Source: a virus (Duplodnaviria > Caudoviricetes). Taken from it: 54,666 nt of DNA. The stretch covers positions 1 through 54,666 of the IMG/VR virus record IMGVR_UViG_3300017963_000316, one strand, 5' to 3'. This document shows, in pieces, positions 52,426 through 54,666 of this stretch (positions are counted from its first letter, which is position 1; each line of letters opens with the position of its first letter). A program made the position numbers and the translations under genes. The notes under the pieces were generated by a model. The model saw nothing but the letters and a program-made list of their open reading frames with translations, was not told where the DNA came from and did not search any database.

Positions 52426-52808
52426 TATTTCTGCATATCCTTCGGTTTTCTTCGTTGTGTATAACATTTGAATCGGTAAGGACATGTCTCACAAGTTTCA
52501 TGTTTACCGCACTCAAAGATAATATCGTATTCTCCCTTAACCTTCAGCCACTCTTTACATCCCATCATATGTTCTATGAGGCACTCATAACAAAAGTATT
52601 TATGACAACCCCAACACTCACGTATTGTAGTTATCTTATGGCAACCCGCACACTTAACTGTAGTAGCACCAAAGATGTCACCTAAATCACCAGGTCTTCT
52701 GAATCTATCCCTGGCAACTAAGCCTTTTCTTGCTGAATCAGGAGAAAGAAAGTGTCTTTCAAATGTATCATAGTCAAAGATTGGTGGGTCACCTGTTGCC
52801 ATTACCAC
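52425..52808 (-). CDS. Zn-finger protein with C-terminal Cys module
   Basis: CAGC...CWGC...CYEC..H; CGKHETCETCPYRFKCYTQR. Confidence 0.7.
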   Translation of the reverse strand: MVMATGDPPIFDYDTFERHFLSPDSARKGLVARDRFRRPGDLGDIFGATTVKCAGCHKITTIRECWGCHKYFCYECLIEHMMGCKEWLKVKGEYDIIFECGKHETCETCPYRFKCYTQRRKPKDMQK

Positions 52809-53212
52809 TCCTTCTTTGCTTTAGGAAACCACTTCTCAAAGTCTTTCTGAGCCTTAGCCATCTCTTCATTCCACTTTTTCATGCTTGGGTGGTCATCACT
52901 AATCACTGTAATCTCGTTTAACCAGTTATCGTTATAAGTCCATTTACCCCAAAACCACCAATGTAATTTCCAGTAGACATCTTCTGTAATCCAAGCTCTT
53001 AGTTTATCCCAAACAATCTTGCGTAGTGGTACAAAGAAAGCCGCATCACGTTCGGTAGCATCGCTTGTCCACGCAAAGTGGGGGCAATGTTTAGTCCTAC
53101 CGTTGCCTAGGCAGAACGGAGAAGGTACGTTTCTCCCACAAGGGTTATTACCATTCTCATCTTCCTTTCCAAAGCAATGACCTTCAACAACTACATAAGT
53201 CCAATGTTTCAT
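52802..53212 (-). CDS. hypothetical protein
   Basis: ATGA coupling; Trp-rich. Confidence 0.65.
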   Translation of the reverse strand: MKHWTYVVVEGHCFGKEDENGNNPCGRNVPSPFCLGNGRTKHCPHFAWTSDATERDAAFFVPLRKIVWDKLRAWITEDVYWKLHWWFWGKWTYNDNWLNEITVISDDHPSMKKWNEEMAKAQKDFEKWFPKAKKEW

Positions 53213-53538
53213 CGTCTACTCCTAAAATAATATGGGTCATCCATTCCTGCTAGTCCTTGAAACTGACCGATTAAATCATCATAAGAACCTACCTCACACC
53301 CCCATTTGTCGAAACAGGGGATGTTGGGGAAATCTTCAGGGTAGTAAGCTAATCTAGTATTCTCTCGTATCTCAGAAATTACACCATTCTTAACACGAAC
53401 AAAACCATTTTCACGGAGAAGAACAATGTACTCTGGTAAACCAAAATCGGGAACTGCATCACCAATTTTCTTAGTGACCATTTCACAGTTCCAAAGCTTT
53501 ACCTGACTGCCTTTCGGTAGCATATCATAAACACCCAT
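53209..53538 (-). CDS. hypothetical protein
   Basis: GAGG RBS; MGVYD...QVK...DKWG. Confidence 0.7.
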   Translation of the reverse strand: MGVYDMLPKGSQVKLWNCEMVTKKIGDAVPDFGLPEYIVLLRENGFVRVKNGVISEIRENTRLAYYPEDFPNIPCFDKWGCEVGSYDDLIGQFQGLAGMDDPYYFRSRR

Positions 53539-53548
53539 CTTTACCTCA

Positions 53549-53890
53549 CTATTTCAAAGTAAGTAGACTTTTACCAAGTTCTTTTCGCATTGAGTTGACT
53601 TCATCAAGAAGTTCTTGCAGTAGTATTTCCCCACGTAGAAGTTGTTCTTCTGGTGGTACTGCAAGCAAGATTCCATCATTTATTGCCCAATTTTGATACT
53701 CTTCCCAAAGAGCTTTATATGCCGCTTCATAAGTAGCAGTTTCAAGAGCAGTTACACCAATGGTATTCTTCTTCTCATAGTAAGGGTCACTTAAAGCTTT
53801 ACTAGCTTCGTAATATTCTTTGTCTTTTACTTCTTTTGCCGCAACTTGTTCCTCAGTTAAAGATTGATTAACTTCATACAATATTTCCAT
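53549..53890 (-). CDS. hypothetical protein
   Basis: GGAGG RBS right after tRNA-Met. Confidence 0.7.
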   Translation of the reverse strand: MEILYEVNQSLTEEQVAAKEVKDKEYYEASKALSDPYYEKKNTIGVTALETATYEAAYKALWEEYQNWAINDGILLAVPPEEQLLRGEILLQELLDEVNSMRKELGKSLLTLK

Positions 53891-53903
53891 TTTACCTCCA
53901 TTT

Positions 53904-53980
53904 TGGTAGCGGGAATGGGATTCGAACCCATGTTCTTCTCCTTATGAGGAAGATGACTTAGACCGCTTGTCCATCCCGCC
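53904..53980 (-). tRNA. tRNA-Met(CAU), elongator type (Ile2 not excluded)
   Basis: TCTTC-CTCATAA-GGAGA; CCA. Confidence 0.88.
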
Positions 53981-54206
53981 CTAAAGTTCTGTGCTTCCCA
54001 CATTTGCATCTTTGGTGTTTCCATCCCCGACTATCAATTACAATCGTATGATAACGATGGTGGTGTTTTTTAGGAGTTACCATCCACCAATAAGAACACT
54101 CTGCCATCGGAATTTGGCACTTATCACAGTTACCTGGCTCTGGACAGATGTTGTCTGGTTCATATTGCTCACAAGGTTTCTTTACCATTGGACACCAAAA
54201 TAACAA
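53958..54206 (-). CDS. Cys/His-rich hypothetical protein
   Basis: Stop lies inside tRNA-Met. Confidence 0.5.
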   Translation of the reverse strand: MLFWCPMVKKPCEQYEPDNICPEPGNCDKCQIPMAECSYWWMVTPKKHHHRYHTIVIDSRGWKHQRCKCGKHRTLGRDGQAV

Positions 54207-54444
54207 AAAATCGGTTGTCCTTCTCGTACCTTGCCTTTACGGTAGCAACATCTTTGGTCTCTTCTATAACCCTATGTAAGAGATTACTCCCAATCTCAGG
54301 GTGTGTAAATTCCCTACCACGAAAGAAAATCTGAATCTTGACCTCATTTCGAGGTAAAAGTCTTCTTACTGCACGAAGTTTAGTTTGGAAGTCATGTTCA
54401 GCTATTTTGGGTCTTATTTGAATCTCTTTGACCTTTTTTGCCAC
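54169..54444 (-). CDS. infC: translation initiation factor IF3, C-terminal domain only
   Basis: KVKEIQIRPKIAEHDFQTK...VKIQIFFRGRE..HPEIG. Confidence 0.88.
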   Translation of the reverse strand: MAKKVKEIQIRPKIAEHDFQTKLRAVRRLLPRNEVKIQIFFRGREFTHPEIGSNLLHRVIEETKDVATVKARYEKDNRFFVILVSNGKETL

Positions 54445-54666
54445 CTAAATTCTTTACCATCCTATCATATAAGACACAAGTTAGTGCCTCTTGAGAATAC
54501 AGAGCAACATCTTCATGCAGATACTCAATAGTCACTAGCTTATCTTTTTCTGTAAGTGTAGGTAGTGCTGTTCCTACTGCATCTGCACCAAAGCAATATA
54601 GCACGTCTCCTTGCGGATGTTTAAAATCATGCAAGAATTCATACTTAACATTCCCTGGAATTACTC
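54398..54666 (-). CDS. SPOUT-like RNA methyltransferase (partial, runs off the window)
   Basis: DFKHP...LYCFGAD..G...VTI...LY..EA...VLYDR resembles the TrmH/TrmL C-terminus. Confidence 0.55.
   Translation of the reverse strand, partial: VIPGNVKYEFLHDFKHPQGDVLYCFGADAVGTALPTLTEKDKLVTIEYLHEDVALYSQEALTCVLYDRMVKNLGGKKGQRDSNKTQNS

Noticed and set aside
212-52808. Cys module or SNSSS motif as a DNA repeat, CRISPR array or DGR target
   Set aside because: Synonymous codons vary freely between copies, spacing is irregular, and no cas, reverse transcriptase or template-repeat pair is visible.
1-54666. Cellular (reduced bacterial or archaeal) chromosome rather than phage
   Set aside because: Translation genes are isolated or truncated rather than in conserved operons, most ORFs are tiny and hypothetical, there is no rRNA, and repeated consensus promoters with a tRNA array plus homing endonucleases fit a large phage. 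This is not formally excluded because no capsid or terminase gene is in the window.

Overview
Gene-dense, AT-rich segment that looks like part of a large bacteriophage genome; no virion genes fall in this window, so the phage assignment is inferred from gene size, content and promoter style. A + strand arm (1-32.6 kb) of mostly small ORFs converges on a terminator with a - strand arm (32.7-54.7 kb). The - arm holds 32 tRNA genes covering all 20 amino acids, an RNase P RNA, several tRNA-like or structured RNAs, and small ORFs interleaved between the tRNAs. Recognisable proteins: bL12-CTD fusion, ParB-like protein, two DPPY methyltransferases, RuvB-like ATPase, family-4 UDG, P-loop kinase, radical SAM enzyme, TerD-like protein, FAD oxidoreductase, peptide deformylase, CCA-adding enzyme, HNH and PD-(D/E)XK endonucleases, metallophosphoesterases, HAD hydrolase, PanD, bS21, macro-like domain, Mom-like and DUF4338-like proteins, and an IF3 C-domain. 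The most striking unexplained signals are: (1) a portable C-x2-C-x2-[RK]-[FY]-x-C-[FYW]-[TS] peptide module in about 38 otherwise unrelated proteins; (2) nine clustered ORFs sharing an N-terminal MKxRxGFVSNSSS(S/T)xF motif just downstream of a radical SAM gene; (3) tRNA punctuation, with ORF start codons overlapping tRNA CCA ends and stop codons lying inside the next tRNA; (4) a four-copy covarying RNA hairpin motif. All calls are by eye, with no database searches; boundaries may be off by a few nt.
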